Positions 39,187 through 51,495 of a stretch of 64,000 nucleotides of DNA are shown one piece after another (the first letter of the stretch is position 1; each line of letters starts with the position of its first letter). The translations under genes and the position numbers were made by a program. The DNA comes from Ginglymostoma cirratum (taxonomy: Eukaryota), in assembly GCA_024137785.1 (NCBI GenBank), contig JAHRHZ010000088.1, positions 16,340,049 through 16,404,048 on the forward strand, given 5' to 3'. Under the pieces are notes generated by a model, which worked only from the letters and a program-made list of their open reading frames with translations, made no database searches and was not told where the DNA came from.

Positions 39187-42095
39187 AGGCTGAATCTTCC
39201 CTTTGGATATGACAATTTCAGTGAATTTCATTGTGTTTTGTCAAACAGTTCTCTACTGCTCATGTTTTTAATTATGCATTCAGCCTCCACAGTGCCCTGC
39301 TTGTGCAATGTTGTGGTCAGCAGATGCAGAACTGTTCACTTGGATCTTCAGACATTCATGTTGCAGGTGTCATATTTAAACCGCAGCTGCATACCAAACC
39401 AGTAACTGCCCTTCATAGTCTGTTGCTACACAACTCCAAAGAAGATGACCTGAGAAAGGAAGGTTGGCACCCAATTTAATGGACAGGGAGTTGGAGGTCC
39501 TGATAGATTGGATGGTGGAAAGGAGTGCTGTGCTCTTTTTCCTAGGACCGACAAAGATCACACCACTAGGAACTGCTAGCCTGGTCTGAAATAGCTACCT
39601 AGGTCCATGCCCAAAAAAAAATGTGCAGCAGTATCTTAAGCAGGTCAGTCACATTCTGTACTTTGTGAAGGTAAGTACCAACACCTTCTCTCTGCTACCC
39701 TACACCAACTCTAACTCTGCCACTGCGCACACCTCCCACCAAGACTCATAGTTTACCACAGTTGCTATTGCATGCAGCATCTTCCCTCAATTGTTCTCGG
39801 TAACCCTATATACTTTCACCAAATACAAAGGCTTCCTGCTCTCTGTGCATCCTACTCACCCACTAACACTCTTTATCATCTTTGCTCCTCCTGTGTCACC
39901 ACTCATAGCTCTAAGTCATTTTTATCTCACACCTTCAGTTTGTCTCATTACCGAAAGAAAAAAGGCCTACAGTTGGGGAGATGTTAGTCTCTGACATGCC
40001 CCCTTCCCCCAACCAAGGTGAAGATCCTTGAGCTTGCAGACTGTGACTGCTCATGTGATTGTGACACTGAGACCTCCATATCAAAACAACCAAGTAAGCT
40101 ACATTGTGCAGTGCTGGTCTCACCATTACCACCCCTGAATGAATTCTTAACATGCTCATGCTTCTATCCATATTGCACAACTAATTTCCCTTCTTGTCTT
40201 AACCAGGCACTAACAACACCCACACAATACCACCTCTACTTCTGAGGAAGATCCTCAGATGATCCTACACCCTGAACCAACTCAGATACTTGCATCTTGA
40301 TGGGTTTTATTTATAAGTAAGATTCAGGAACACGTTCTGGACACATCTTTGCAGTTGGCTCAGGAAGGAATGGCCAGGTAGTTGGCACTCCTAGGACTGC
40401 CAGAGATGAAGCACCTTCTCAGCCCCAGCCATAAGGTGGCACCGTGATGTCAGCCATTAATAACTTTGTGCTAGTGCACAAACAGACACACAAGCAGTAG
40501 GCAGGTTTGTCAGTGGTACTCGACAAACTGGATTGAAGAGTTGAGAAAGTTATGGTGGCTGAATTTAGCATGGTTGCATCTCACAATTTCCATGGACAGA
40601 CTGTTGACCATCATTGAAAGCCAGGTCCAGCAAAATGCTCAGGATCTGTTGGAGATGCACACAGAGCTGGATTCTCACACTTTGCTTTTGGTGCTGTGCA
40701 TCAAACACGCAGAAACAGGGAAATGAGAGACCTCTACCTCACTCTATATGCCTATCCTCTCAACGAGACAAGGTTGTGCCAGCAGGCACCCAAACAAAGG
40801 AGGAACCACATGCAGGCCTCCCCAGACTTTTACCCTTAAGGACAATCTACTTCCCACCCTGTCTGTGATCACACAACTCTGTGTACATTGCAGCTCAGGA
40901 GTGTGAATCTGCATCTTGATATAACACTGGTTGCACATCTGGGCCTTTAGGTACAAATGCCTCTGCGGCCATCGACCTGAATCATTGAGGACAACATGCT
41001 CCACAATAGCATAGGCTCCCGTACCACAGCTGAGGACACCTGGGACTGCATCTCGGTATGGTGGGAGGGCAAGGAAAAAGGGAGAAACCTCTGATGGCAC
41101 ATAGATACCACAGGGAACACTTGATCGTTAATAGGATATCACATTTGCACTTTAAATCATCACCTGTCTGATTTTCATTTTAGTTATGGAACCCACAATC
41201 AATTGACTCACACTACCCTTTCCTGCACATTACAATGTTAGAACCTAGTTTGAAGGAGTGCTACTCTTTCCCCAGTGCTCATCAGAACACAACATTGTTG
41301 TTTTTGAATGTGGAAGCATTAGGTGCTGTGAAGCCTTCAGTCAGTTAGTAATGTTAACTGTTCTAAGGAAGCGTCACCAGACCCGAAAAGTTAACTCTGA
41401 TTTCTCTTCACGGATGCTGCCAGACCTGCTGAGCTCTTCGAACAACTTCTTTTTTTGTTTCTGATTTACAGCATCTGCAGTTCTTTCAGTTTTTTTGGTA
41501 GTAAAGTTAACGTATCTGACCCAACAGGAAACGCAAAAATATTGCAAAGGAAACGCTGCATTTGCTTTGAGGCCTAAACAGGGGCTGTTTGTCTGTGGAT
41601 AACTAGTAAATTTACAGCCACTGAATTATGTCTTCACTCAACTCAGATTATTTGAAGACGTGTCAATGAAGTGCTGTCTGGCTTGTTATCCCAACACTCA
41701 CTGCTCTGTCATGATGAAAGTGATATTACTCCGAGTCAATGACTTCATCTCGTCCTCTGAAGACTCTTCCATTCTCCTAGTTCTTCAGGGCCCACCTCAT
41801 CCCCTCTCTGCCTAATCCAGCTGTGCAGAGCAAAGCGTGCTGACGTTACGCAGCACACACTCTGTCATAAAACCTCATCTTCAGAATGCCTGTCATTTGC
41901 TCCATCGTGGTGCTAGTGGGAGATGGGCCGCATTGTATCTACATGCAGCCTTGGGTAGCTGTGTTCTGAGCTTTGAATGTGTTTGGGAATTATCTGCCAT
42001 AGGTGACACTTTGGAGGTCGCTTGTGATCACTTTTAGAAATTTATCAGATACTGAATAAATACGTAACTATTCACCTTGATACTAAAGATGCATT
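39187..42095. mobile_element. Possible decayed PIF/Harbinger DNA transposon in COMMD7 intron 1
   Basis: 39462-39540 translates RLAPNLMDRELEVLIDWMVERSAVLF, like the Myb/SANT (trihelix) start of Harbinger ORFs, then an AAG|gtaagt donor at 39670; termini weak. Confidence 0.4.
41359..41498 (+). mobile_element. Short PLE pLTR insertion with TSD
   Basis: TAGTAATGTTAAC / TAGTAAAGTTAAC flanks (~41346-41358, 41499-41511); near-identical to 10008-10139. Confidence 0.75.
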
Positions 42096-43228
42096 TTGCA
42101 AGCACTACCAGCCTTGGTTTACTACTGTAGAGAAGTTAAACAGTAAAATCTGCTTAAATCTCAATTGTTATACCATCCGGCTCAACATTCTGGCAACTCT
42201 AAGTTTGCATATATGTTTTAAATCTTAATCTTTTAAAAATATCATAGCTAATCCTAGACATTTGTTTACAAGACTAACAGTTTAGCGTATCGTAGGTAAT
42301 GGTCTGCTCATAGATTGCAGTTAAGTTAAAAGTTAAAGCGTCAGTTTAACTCACTTTATACATTGTTAATGAGCACAAATTAGCAATTAAATTTTATTGA
42401 TTCTTTTTGACCAAAATATGCAGGTCATTTAGAGAAATCAAAGTAACGCTGGTTGTTATTATTTAAGTGAAATGTGGATATTTAACATTTCCAGTATTCT
42501 AGTCCCCATACTAGGATTTTGAAGGCCCCTATTTCTGGACCTGCCATCCCTACCTCAGAATGTCAGGGTTCAAAGTGCATTCATCACGTGGCCAAACAGG
42601 TTGATTTTCAGTCTGTAAATCTTTCCAATTCAGTCAGGAAGAAAAGGAGAATTTCTTAGTCAGCCATCCTGCAGAAGGCAGTGGCAAACCACTGCAATAT
42701 TTAATCTGTAAACATGGACTAATCCTAGGAACTAACCCTGGGAAATGAGGACAGGAGAAAATACAGATGGACAAGTAATATTTTACTTAATGTTGCAGAA
42801 ATTTTGAGTCTGTCACTAAGTTAATGTTTGTTTCTTTTAGTTCCCATTTATTCTATGGGTAGTTTTGAAGTTATTGCTACTATAGTTAAGTCATCATCCT
42901 GCATAATATTTGGTTTCACTTACCTACTCCTTTGCTTCTTTTACAGTGAGAAAAATAAATTGTGGGGAGAAGTTTGTATTTGTCTTTGGGTGTGTAACAT
43001 CCACTTCCTCTTCTGCTGTTGATACAGTGAAAAGGTTGGGATAAGAATGCTGTCTTTGAAAGGGTGAATGCAGTTAGGTAGAGGAAGCTATGTTTTTGAG
43101 TTGGTAGAATTTAGACTTTCTTGTAAAGACATTTAAATCTGTCACCATTTTTGGAATTTATATGGCTAAGTTGCGTTCAATTTGTGAAGTAGTAGAGATC
43201 ATTTACATTTCATGAATTTTATTTACAG

Positions 43229-43282
43229 CAATTCTCGGAATTGACAGGCATAATCTTTCGCTTTATTACAGAACCCACAGAG
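43229..43282 (+). CDS. COMMD7: COMMD7 coding exon 2 (54 nt)
   Basis: tttacag|CAA...GAG|gtaaga; QFSELTGIIFRFITEPTE vs human QFSALTEVLFHFLTEPKE; phase 0/0. Confidence 0.95.
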
Positions 43283-43627
43283 GTAAGAAATGCTGTAAAA
43301 TGTAGCAGTTCTATTAGTTGTGTATGTGTCGGTGATGTTCACAGACAGACATGTATGATTATGGTTATGTTTAGTGTGTTTATGTGAATCATCGTTTTAA
43401 CTGGATTATTAAAATAAAAGAGTTAAATATTCTTTCTCTGATACCAATGAGAGAGATTCATAGCCTGATATCTTCTGCAGTAGGAATGTTTGCCTTATTG
43501 ATGACAGTTTGTACATCACTATTGATTCAAGTTTCCTTCTGTACCTTTTGAAGCACCCAAGGCTTGGCATCAAGGACATTAATGTAACATTACAGACAAT
43601 TCTTTGTAACACAGAGTTTAAACATTG

Positions 43628-43784
43628 CTAAAAGGAGACTAGAAGTTGAAGCCTTTCAGCTTGAACTTATCAGACCAGGACACAAGAAATGGGCTAGAAA
43701 AGGGGGCCTTTTTCAAGTCTGTCTCTTGTGTCCAAGTTCTGATAAGGGCAAGACAGAAAGTTTCAACTTCTAGTCTCCTTTTAG
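43628..43784. repeat. 157-bp near-perfect inverted repeat (hairpin)
   Basis: Perfect 23-bp outer arms 43628-43650/43762-43784; inner GGACACAAGA/TCTTGTGTCC; centre ~43705. Confidence 0.92.
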
Positions 43785-44001
43785 AACTGGTTAAAAGATA
43801 TGTCACCCTGCTATTAATTGCAGGTCTCTGTTTTTGGCTTCTCAGAAGCAACATTTTATGCTTACGTAATGATAAAGTCTACATTGACATTGTATCACCT
43901 TTTGAAAGCTGAAGAATGTTTACCATGATAATATTGCTTAAGGCAGCAATTTACTAAATGCATTGTTGAGCAAAATGTATTTTATGTTTTCTTGTTTTCA
44001 G

Positions 44002-44104
44002 TCAGAACGATTATTAAGCCAACTCGGTGAGTTTGCCTCTCAGCATGGAATGAGCCCAGGCCCACTGAAAAACATTGTGAAAAGCATCCTCTTGATTCCT
44101 ACTG
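44002..44104 (+). CDS. COMMD7: COMMD7 coding exon 3 (103 nt)
   Basis: ttttcag|TCA...ACTG|gtgaga; SERLLSQLGEFASQHGMSPGPLKNIVKSILLIPT vs human VERFLAQLSEFATTNQISLGSLRSIVKSLLLVPN. Confidence 0.96.
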
Positions 44105-44264
44105 GTGAGATGTGTTTTGCATTTTATGTGTCATTTGCTGTGAGTTTTCTTCTTGTGGCAGGAGAGCTTTTTGTAACATCTGTTTTAAATATGACTTGTC
44201 ACAGTGCTTTACAAATTTTGTTTTCCACTCTAAATGTTCTCTGTTCTCATCCACAAATTCATCC

Positions 44265-45160
44265 CAGGTCAGATGTGGGAATGTTCACAGTGATTGTGCA
44301 ATGTTCAGCAGCATTTATGACTCTTCAAGTACTGAAGCAGTCCATGTCGAAATGCAACAAAATCTGGGCAATATCTAGGCTCAGGCTGACAACTGGCAAG
44401 TAACATGCACGCTACACAAATGTCAGATGATGACCAATCTGATAAGAGACAATCTAACCACTGCACCTTGACATTTGATGGTGCTACCATCACTTCATAC
44501 CCTAGTATCAACATCCTGTGGGTCATCTGTGACCAGAAACTCAACTGGACTCTCCACACAAACACTGGCTACAAGAGTAGGTCAGTGGCTAGGAATACAG
44601 CAGCAACTCACCTCCTGACTTCCCAAAGCCTTGTCCACTGTCTACAAGGTACAAGTCAGGAGAGTGATGAAATACTCCCCACTTCCTAGATAGGTGTAGC
44701 TCCAACAACACTCAAGAAGCTTGACACCATCAAGACAGCTCACTTGATTGACACTGCATCCACAAACATCCTCTCCCTCTACCACTGACGTTCAGTAACA
44801 GCAGTGTGTACTATCTACAAGATGCACAGCAGAAATTCACCAAAGCATAGACAGCGCCTCCCAAACCACAATCACTTCCATGTAGAAGGGCAAGGGCAGC
44901 AAATACATAGGAACATCACCACCTGCAAACTCCCTTCCAAACCACTCACTATCGTGACTTTGAAATGTATTGCCATTTCTTCATTGTTACTCAGTCAAAA
45001 TCTTGGCATTCCCTCCTTAAGGACATTGTGGTTAAACTGCAGCACGCGGAATGCAATAGTTCAAGAAAGCAGCTCACCACTACCTTCTCAAGCACAACTA
45101 GGTACAGGCAATAAATGCTGGCCAGCCAGCAATGCCCACTTCTCATGAGTGAATATTTTT
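44265..45160 (+). mobile_element. Second-family LINE 3' ~0.9 kb
   Basis: Reverse complement of 11480-12440; ends ggcaataaatgctggccagccagcaatgcc. Confidence 0.85.
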
Positions 45161-45484
45161 TTAAAATGTCTCATGATTAGGAGTTAACCTAATGCCTGTA
45201 ATATCTAGTCATGCAATAGCATGGCCTGAGGCTATTGCAGCGAACACTTGTATTGTGTGAACGAGTTATTATAATCTCACATTTATGACCACCTGTACTT
45301 CTCTAATCTTTTGAAAGGCCAGTAAACAATATGGGTGACTAAATTATCAGATTGCTTTATTTTACAGTCAGCAAGTGACCTTAAAAAATAACTGTGTAAG
45401 TCCCATGCCACATTGAATTAATTTCAGCAAAACATCCTTTTAAAATAGAAAATAGCAAAACATGCTAGACTATCTCTGTTACTG

Positions 45485-45674
45485 TGCTATTTGTAAAGTA
45501 GAAAGTCCTGGAGAAACTCTGGACTGGCAGCATGAGTGAAGATAGGAACTGAGGTAATGTTTTGAGTCCAATATGACTCTTCTTCAGAGCAGTCATAATG
45601 GACCTGCTGAGTTTCTCCAGCGCTTTGTTTTTGTTTCAGGTTTCCAGCATCTGTATTATTTTGTTATTGTAATG
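45485..45674. mobile_element. Head-to-head PLE pLTR pair with TSD
   Basis: TCTGTTACTG flanks; minus arm carries CTGAAGA-AGAGTC-atattg-GACTC-AAAAC. Confidence 0.7.
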
Positions 45675-46430
45675 TCTGTTACTGATCTAAATGTTCAGTC
45701 TCTTTGCTCAGCCTTTGGTATCCAACTCTGCCTTTAGTAGGGTATCTTTCCTCTCCTCACCAGACATTACAAGAAACTGATTGTTTTTCTGATCTTTTCT
45801 CTCTCGCTGGATAGGAAGCCAGCAATTCAATCCGTCATGCCCTCTCTGTGCAGGCCTGGGTCAGCAGACTTAAATGAATTAATTAATGTTTTAAAATATT
45901 AATCTGCTGAGTTTCTGGGTAATTCTACAGCCATTTAAAATTATTCTTGCCTGTGAGGGGTAACAAAAGCCTTTGAAATATATTTGAAAAGTATGTTTGG
46001 AAAATCAATGTTGAAGAGAATAATTAGGAATGTATGAACATGTGTAGGCCTTTCAGCCTGTTGAGCCTGCTCTGTCATTTAGTATGATCATGGTTGATCA
46101 AATGTTTTAATGCCTTTTACCCACACTGTATCCATAACCATTTAAACTATTGATAATCAAACATTTATTAACTTCTACTTTAAATATACTCAAAGACTGA
46201 GCTTTAACGGACCTCTGGAGTAGAGAATTCCAAAGACACATCACCCATCGGAGTAAAATAAATTATTTCATCGTGGTCCTGAATGGCATCTCACTTATTT
46301 TTAAATTGGGTCCCTGGGTCTAGATTCTCCAACCAAGAGAAACATCTGATCTGTCTATTCCTTTAAGTATTTTCATAGAGTCATACAGCAAACAAACAGG
46401 CCCTTTAACCCACATGTCTATTGCCATCCA

Positions 46431-46744
46431 ATGGCTCAGTGGTTAGCACTGCTGCCTCACAGCATCAGGGACCTGGGTTCGATTTCACCCTCTGGCGACT
46501 GTCCATGTGGAGTTTGCAGTTTCTCCCCGTGTCTGTGTGAGTTTCCTTTGGGTGCTCCAGTTTCATCCCCCAGTCCAAAGATGTGCAGGTAGGCGGATTG
46601 GCTATGCTAAATTGCCCATTGTGTTCAGGGATGTGTAGATTAGGCAGGTTACAGGGGGATGGGTCTGGGTGGGATGCTGTGAGGGTTGACGTGGACTTTT
46701 TGGGCCAAAGAGCCTGTTTCCACACTGTAGGGATTTTCTATGAT
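46431..46744 (+). mobile_element. HE1 SINE
   Basis: TGGCTCAGTGG, GGTTCGATTTC, V-domain, gggattttctatga tail. Confidence 0.9.
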
Positions 46745-47071
46745 CATTTACCTGCACTTAGTCCATAGCTACTATGCCCTAGCATTTTAAGTGCTCATTG
46801 AGATGCTTCTTAAACATCGCGAGAGCCAATGCTTCCAACATGCTTTCTGTCAGCACATTCCATATTTCTACCACATTCTGGTGAAATAACTTTTTCTCAG
46901 ATCTCCTCTAAATTATTTACTCGTCACCTTAAACTTGTGCCCTCCGATTTTGGGCATGTCTGCCAAGGTGAAAAGATTTTCATTATCTACCTTATCTATG
47001 CCTCTTGTAATTTTGTATATTTCAATTAGATCCCCATTTCAGCCTCCTCTGCTTCAATGAAAACAAACCCA

Positions 47072-47844
47072 AGGTTTTGGAGTAGGTATGTAGCTCAGGT
47101 TGTGGGTGTTGTGGATGTTCTTCCAAAAAGAAGAAGAATACCTCTTCCAGGCTTTCAAAGTTAATGGATATCCAAAAAACTGGGTCAGAAGATGCCTACA
47201 TGAACAACACCAGGAAGACGCTACACGCCCCAGCACACTCATCATGCTACCTTACATCAGGAACACATCGGAACTTACCACAAGACTGCTACGACCACTG
47301 GGCATCAGAGTGGCACACAAACTATGTCAACCCTACGACAACTGCTCACCCGAACCAAAGACCCACTTTCCGCTGTGCACAGGACCAATGTCATCTATTA
47401 GATTCAGAGGCTGTGACAAACACTTATTGGGACAAACAGGAAGGAAATTAACAACAAGAGTACACGAACACCAGTTGGCTACAAAAAGACACGACCAATA
47501 CTCACTCATTTCTATCCACATGGATAAGGAGAACCGCCAATTCGACTGGGACAACACCAAGATCCTGGGACAAGCAGAGCAGAGACAGGCACGGGAACTC
47601 CTAGAAGCCTGGTACTCCACGAAGAAAGCCATCAACAAACACATAGAACTCAACCCCATATACACTCCATTACAAAGGAAAACAGGAAGTGAGGTAATCC
47701 AGCTCAACGGACTCCAGAATTTAAAAACCAGGCAGGAAAACACAACGGCGCTTCATCAGAAGCTGCACTGATGATGTAATCCAGCAGAATAATGAAACAT
47801 CTGCAGAACAACAAACCAGCACGGTGAGCCAACCAACCACAACA
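47072..47844 (+). mobile_element. Poseidon-type PLE 3' fragment (GIY-YIG endonuclease) with a 13-bp TSD
   Basis: ORF 47100-47771 NGYP..LPYI....GQTGRKL.TRVHEH..FDWDNTKIL..RELLEAW; GAAAACAAACCCA at 47059-47071 and 47845-47857; probable short inverted pLTR end at 47072-47120. Confidence 0.9.
47763..47806 (+). ncRNA. Type I minimal hammerhead ribozyme motif (PLE pLTR), stem II decayed
   Basis: CTGCA-CTGATGA-19 nt-GAAAC-ATC-TGCAG; stem I CTGCA/TGCAG. Confidence 0.7.
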
Positions 47845-48084
47845 GAAAACAAACCCAGCCTATCCAGTCTCCCTCCATAACTGAGACTGTTCATTCCAGG
47901 CAACATCCTGGAGAATCTCTCTGCACTCTCCCCTGTGCGATCATATCCTTCCCAGAACTGCACACAGTATCCCATCTGTGGCCTAACCAATGTTTTGTAA
48001 CACAAGACTTCCTTGCTCCTATACTGTACAGCATGGCTAATGAAGGCACGCATCCCATATGTCTTCTTCACTCTGTGTCTATCA

Positions 48085-48364
48085 GTGTGTTTTCTGTGTG
48101 GAGTTTGCATGTTCTCCCCAGGTCTGTGTGAGTTTCCTTCGGGTGCTTCGGCTTCCTCCCACAATCCAAAGATGTGAAGGTTAGATGGTTTGATCATACG
48201 AAATTGCCCATAGTGTCCAGTGACGTGCAGGTTAGGTGGATTAGCCATGGGAAATGCAGGGTTACAGAGATAGGGTGAGGGGTGGGTGGATCTGGATGGG
48301 ATGCCTTTCGGAGGGTCAGTATGGACTCACTGGGCTGTTTCCACGCTGTAGGGGTTCTATGATT
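48085..48364 (+). mobile_element. HE1 SINE, 5'-truncated
   Basis: V-domain and ggttctatgattc tail. Confidence 0.85.
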
Positions 48365-50610
48365 CTTCAGGGATCTATGTTCTTGTACATCAAAGTCTCT
48401 TTGTTCCTCAGTACTCTCTGCAACCTACCATTCATTGTGTACGTTCTTCCCTTATTAGACCTCACGCTTTTCAGGATTAAATTCCATCTGCCATTGCTGT
48501 GCCCAGTTTACCAGCGGATCAATATCACACTGCAGCCTTACACTAACCACCTCACTATCAACATCACTACCAATTTTCACGTCATCTGCAACTTACTAAT
48601 TACATTCACATCCAAGTTGTTAACGTACACAATAAACATCAAGGGTCCTAACATCTATCCCTGTCGTACACTGCTGGTCACATGCTTCCAATCACAAAAA
48701 CAATCCTCCACCATCACCCTTTGTCAGCCAATTTTAGATCCAGTTTGCCGACTTGCCTTGGATCCCATGGACTGTCACCTTTTGGACCAGCCTTCCATGT
48801 AGAACCTTGTCAGATGTCTTTCTGAAGTCCATGTAAACCACATCAACTGCACTACCTCGTCAATACATTCAGTCACCTTTTCAAAAAATACAATTAAATT
48901 AGTCAAGACAGGATCTCCCTTCCCCACATCAATGCTGATTATCGCTGATCAGTCTGTGCCTTACCAATTGTTGATTAATTCTGCCCCTCAGAATTTTTTC
49001 CAAGAATTTCCCAACCACTGGCATCAGATTAATTGGTCTGTGAAGACCTGGCCTATTGCTGCTGCCCTTCTTGAACAAAGGAACCACATCAGCTAAGCTC
49101 CAACCATCTGGATTTCACTAGTGAAATCTTAAATATCTCTGCCAGGGCCCCATCAATCTCTCTGTTACTTCCCATAACAGCCTGGGATATATCTTATCGG
49201 GCTCTGGGGATTTATGCACCTTTATGGTCTCTGAAACATCTAATACCTCCTCCTCATTAATCTGAAAGTGTTCTAGAACCTCTTCATCCAAACTGAAATC
49301 CTCAGCAACAAGGACTTTCTCCTTTTTGAATGCAGATAAGAAATATTCATTTAAGACCTCATCCACATCTTCTGGGTCCATGCACGGATTGCCCCTTTGA
49401 TCTCAAAAAGGCACCATTCTTTCCCTGGTAGTCCTTTTACTCTTCACATACTTATAAAATGCCTTGGGGATTTTCCTTATCCTATCTGCCAATGGTGGCC
49501 TCTCTTTGCTCTCCTAATTTCTTTAAGCTTCCCCTGCAATCTCAATATTTTTCAAGGGCCAGCCCTGTTTTCAATGTGCTGTACCTAACATATTCTTTCT
49601 TCCTTTTCTATATCAAACAGTCAATATCCCTTGACATTCAGTGGTCCCTGGACTTGCTGCCTATGCCCTTCACACTTAGCGGAACACACTGGCCTTGAAT
49701 TTTCACTCTGCTACTTTTAAATGACTCCCACTTTTCAGATGTCGACTTACCTGAAAGGAGTTGCTGCCAGTTGGTGTTGTCAGATCCTGTATGATGATAT
49801 CAAAACTGTCCTTCGCCCGATATCAGACAATTAATTTCTGCACTGTACTTATCCTATTTTGTAAGTTTCAATGAGATCACCTCAAATTCTTTGAAACTCG
49901 AGAGTACAGGCTCGGTTTGCCCAATCTCTGATCATAGGATAGTCTTGTCATCCCAGGAGAATCTTCATTGTGCTCCCTCTATGGCAACAATACCTTTCCT
50001 GAAATAAGAAGAACAAAACTGCACACAGTACTTCAGGTGCAGTCTAAACAAGGTCCCAAACAACTGAAGCAAAAATTCACTACTAATGTACTCATTACCT
50101 TGTGATAAAGGCTAGCATTCCACTTGTCTTCCTAATAGCTTGCTGCACCTGCATGCCATCGTTCAGGGACTTATTGACAAGGACACCTGAGTCCCTTTGC
50201 ATATCTATACTTTCTCTCTCCATTTAAGAAATGCTCTGCACATCTGTTCTTCCTACCAAAGTGGATAACCTCACTTTTCTCCCCCAACAGAGTAGTCCAT
50301 CTGCCTTGCTTCTGCAGGAAGCCTGTCCAAATCCTCGTAAAAACATTTCATACACTCCTCATAAAGTAATTTCCTTCCTATTATCTGCAAATTTGTAAAT
50401 AGTGTATTTGGCCCCATGTCAAAATTATTGACATATATTGGAGTGCAAGAATTGATTCTTACAGTACCTCACTAGTTACATTCTGCCAATGTGAGAATGC
50501 CCCATTTATTCCTATTTTCGTTTTCTGTCTGTTAGCTAATTCTTAAGACATGCCAGGATGGTATCTCCTAAATCATGTGTTTTCATTTTGCTAACTAGGC
50601 TCCTGTGGGA

Positions 50611-50955
50611 GGGTAGCATGGTGGCTCAGTGGTTAGCACTGCTGCCTTACTGCCCCAGGGACCCAGGTTCAATTCCAGCCTCAGACAACTGTCTGTGTGG
50701 AGTTTGCACATTTTCCCCATGTCTGCATGGGTTTTTTTCTGGGTGCTGTAGTTTCTTGCTCCACTCCAAAGATGTGCAGGTTAGGTGGATTGGCTGTGCT
50801 AAATTGCCCATAGTGTCTAGGGATGTGCAGGCTATGTGGGTTAGCCATGGTAAATGCGAGGTTTTGGGGATAGGATGGGGGCTAGGTCTGGGCGGGATGC
50901 TCTTTGGAGAGTCGGTGCAGACTTGATGGGTTGAAAGGCTTCTTTCGATACTGTG
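50611..50955 (+). mobile_element. HE1 SINE
   Basis: GGTGGCTCAGTGG, GGTTCAATTCC, V-domain. Confidence 0.9.
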
Positions 50956-51174
50956 GTTCTCATCAAAAGCCTTTTGAAAATCCAAATAGATTTTATCCAT
51001 CAACTGTCCATTGTTAATTTTCTTCATAAGATCCTCATATTTTTGAAACACAATTTTCCATTTGCAAATCCCTGGCTAAACAAATTTTTATCCGTATGTT
51101 CAATTATCACATCCTTTATTATAGACTCGTGCACTGTTCCTACTATTGCTGTAAGACTGACAATTCACCAGTTT

Positions 51175-51495
51175 TAAAATCTCACCACCCCGCCCTCATC
51201 CCTGCCTCCTTGACCTGATGCAACCTGTCCATCTTCTCTCCCATCTATCTGCCCCACCTATCCCACTGACCAATCCCCACCACTCCCTACCTGCACTCCC
51301 CTATCACCATCCCACCTACCTTCCCCAGCCCCATCCCCCGTCTTTCTATTTATTTTCCAGCTCTATTCCCTTTCCTCATTTCTGAAGAAGGGTCTTGACC
51401 CGAAACATCAACTTTCCTGTTCCTCTGATGCTGTGTTCCTCCAGCTTCACACTGTGTTGACTCTGACTCCAGCATCTGAACTTCTTGCTATCTCA
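51175..51495 (+). mobile_element. PLE 3' UTR/pLTR copy
   Basis: Aligns with 60270-60565. Confidence 0.8.
51378..51413 (+). ncRNA. Minimal hammerhead ribozyme motif
   Basis: CTGAAGA-A-GGGTCTTGACCC-GAAAC-ATC-AACT. Confidence 0.7.

Noticed and set aside
43963-44403. 146-aa ORF
   Set aside because: It is exon 3 plus read-through into intron and LINE sequence
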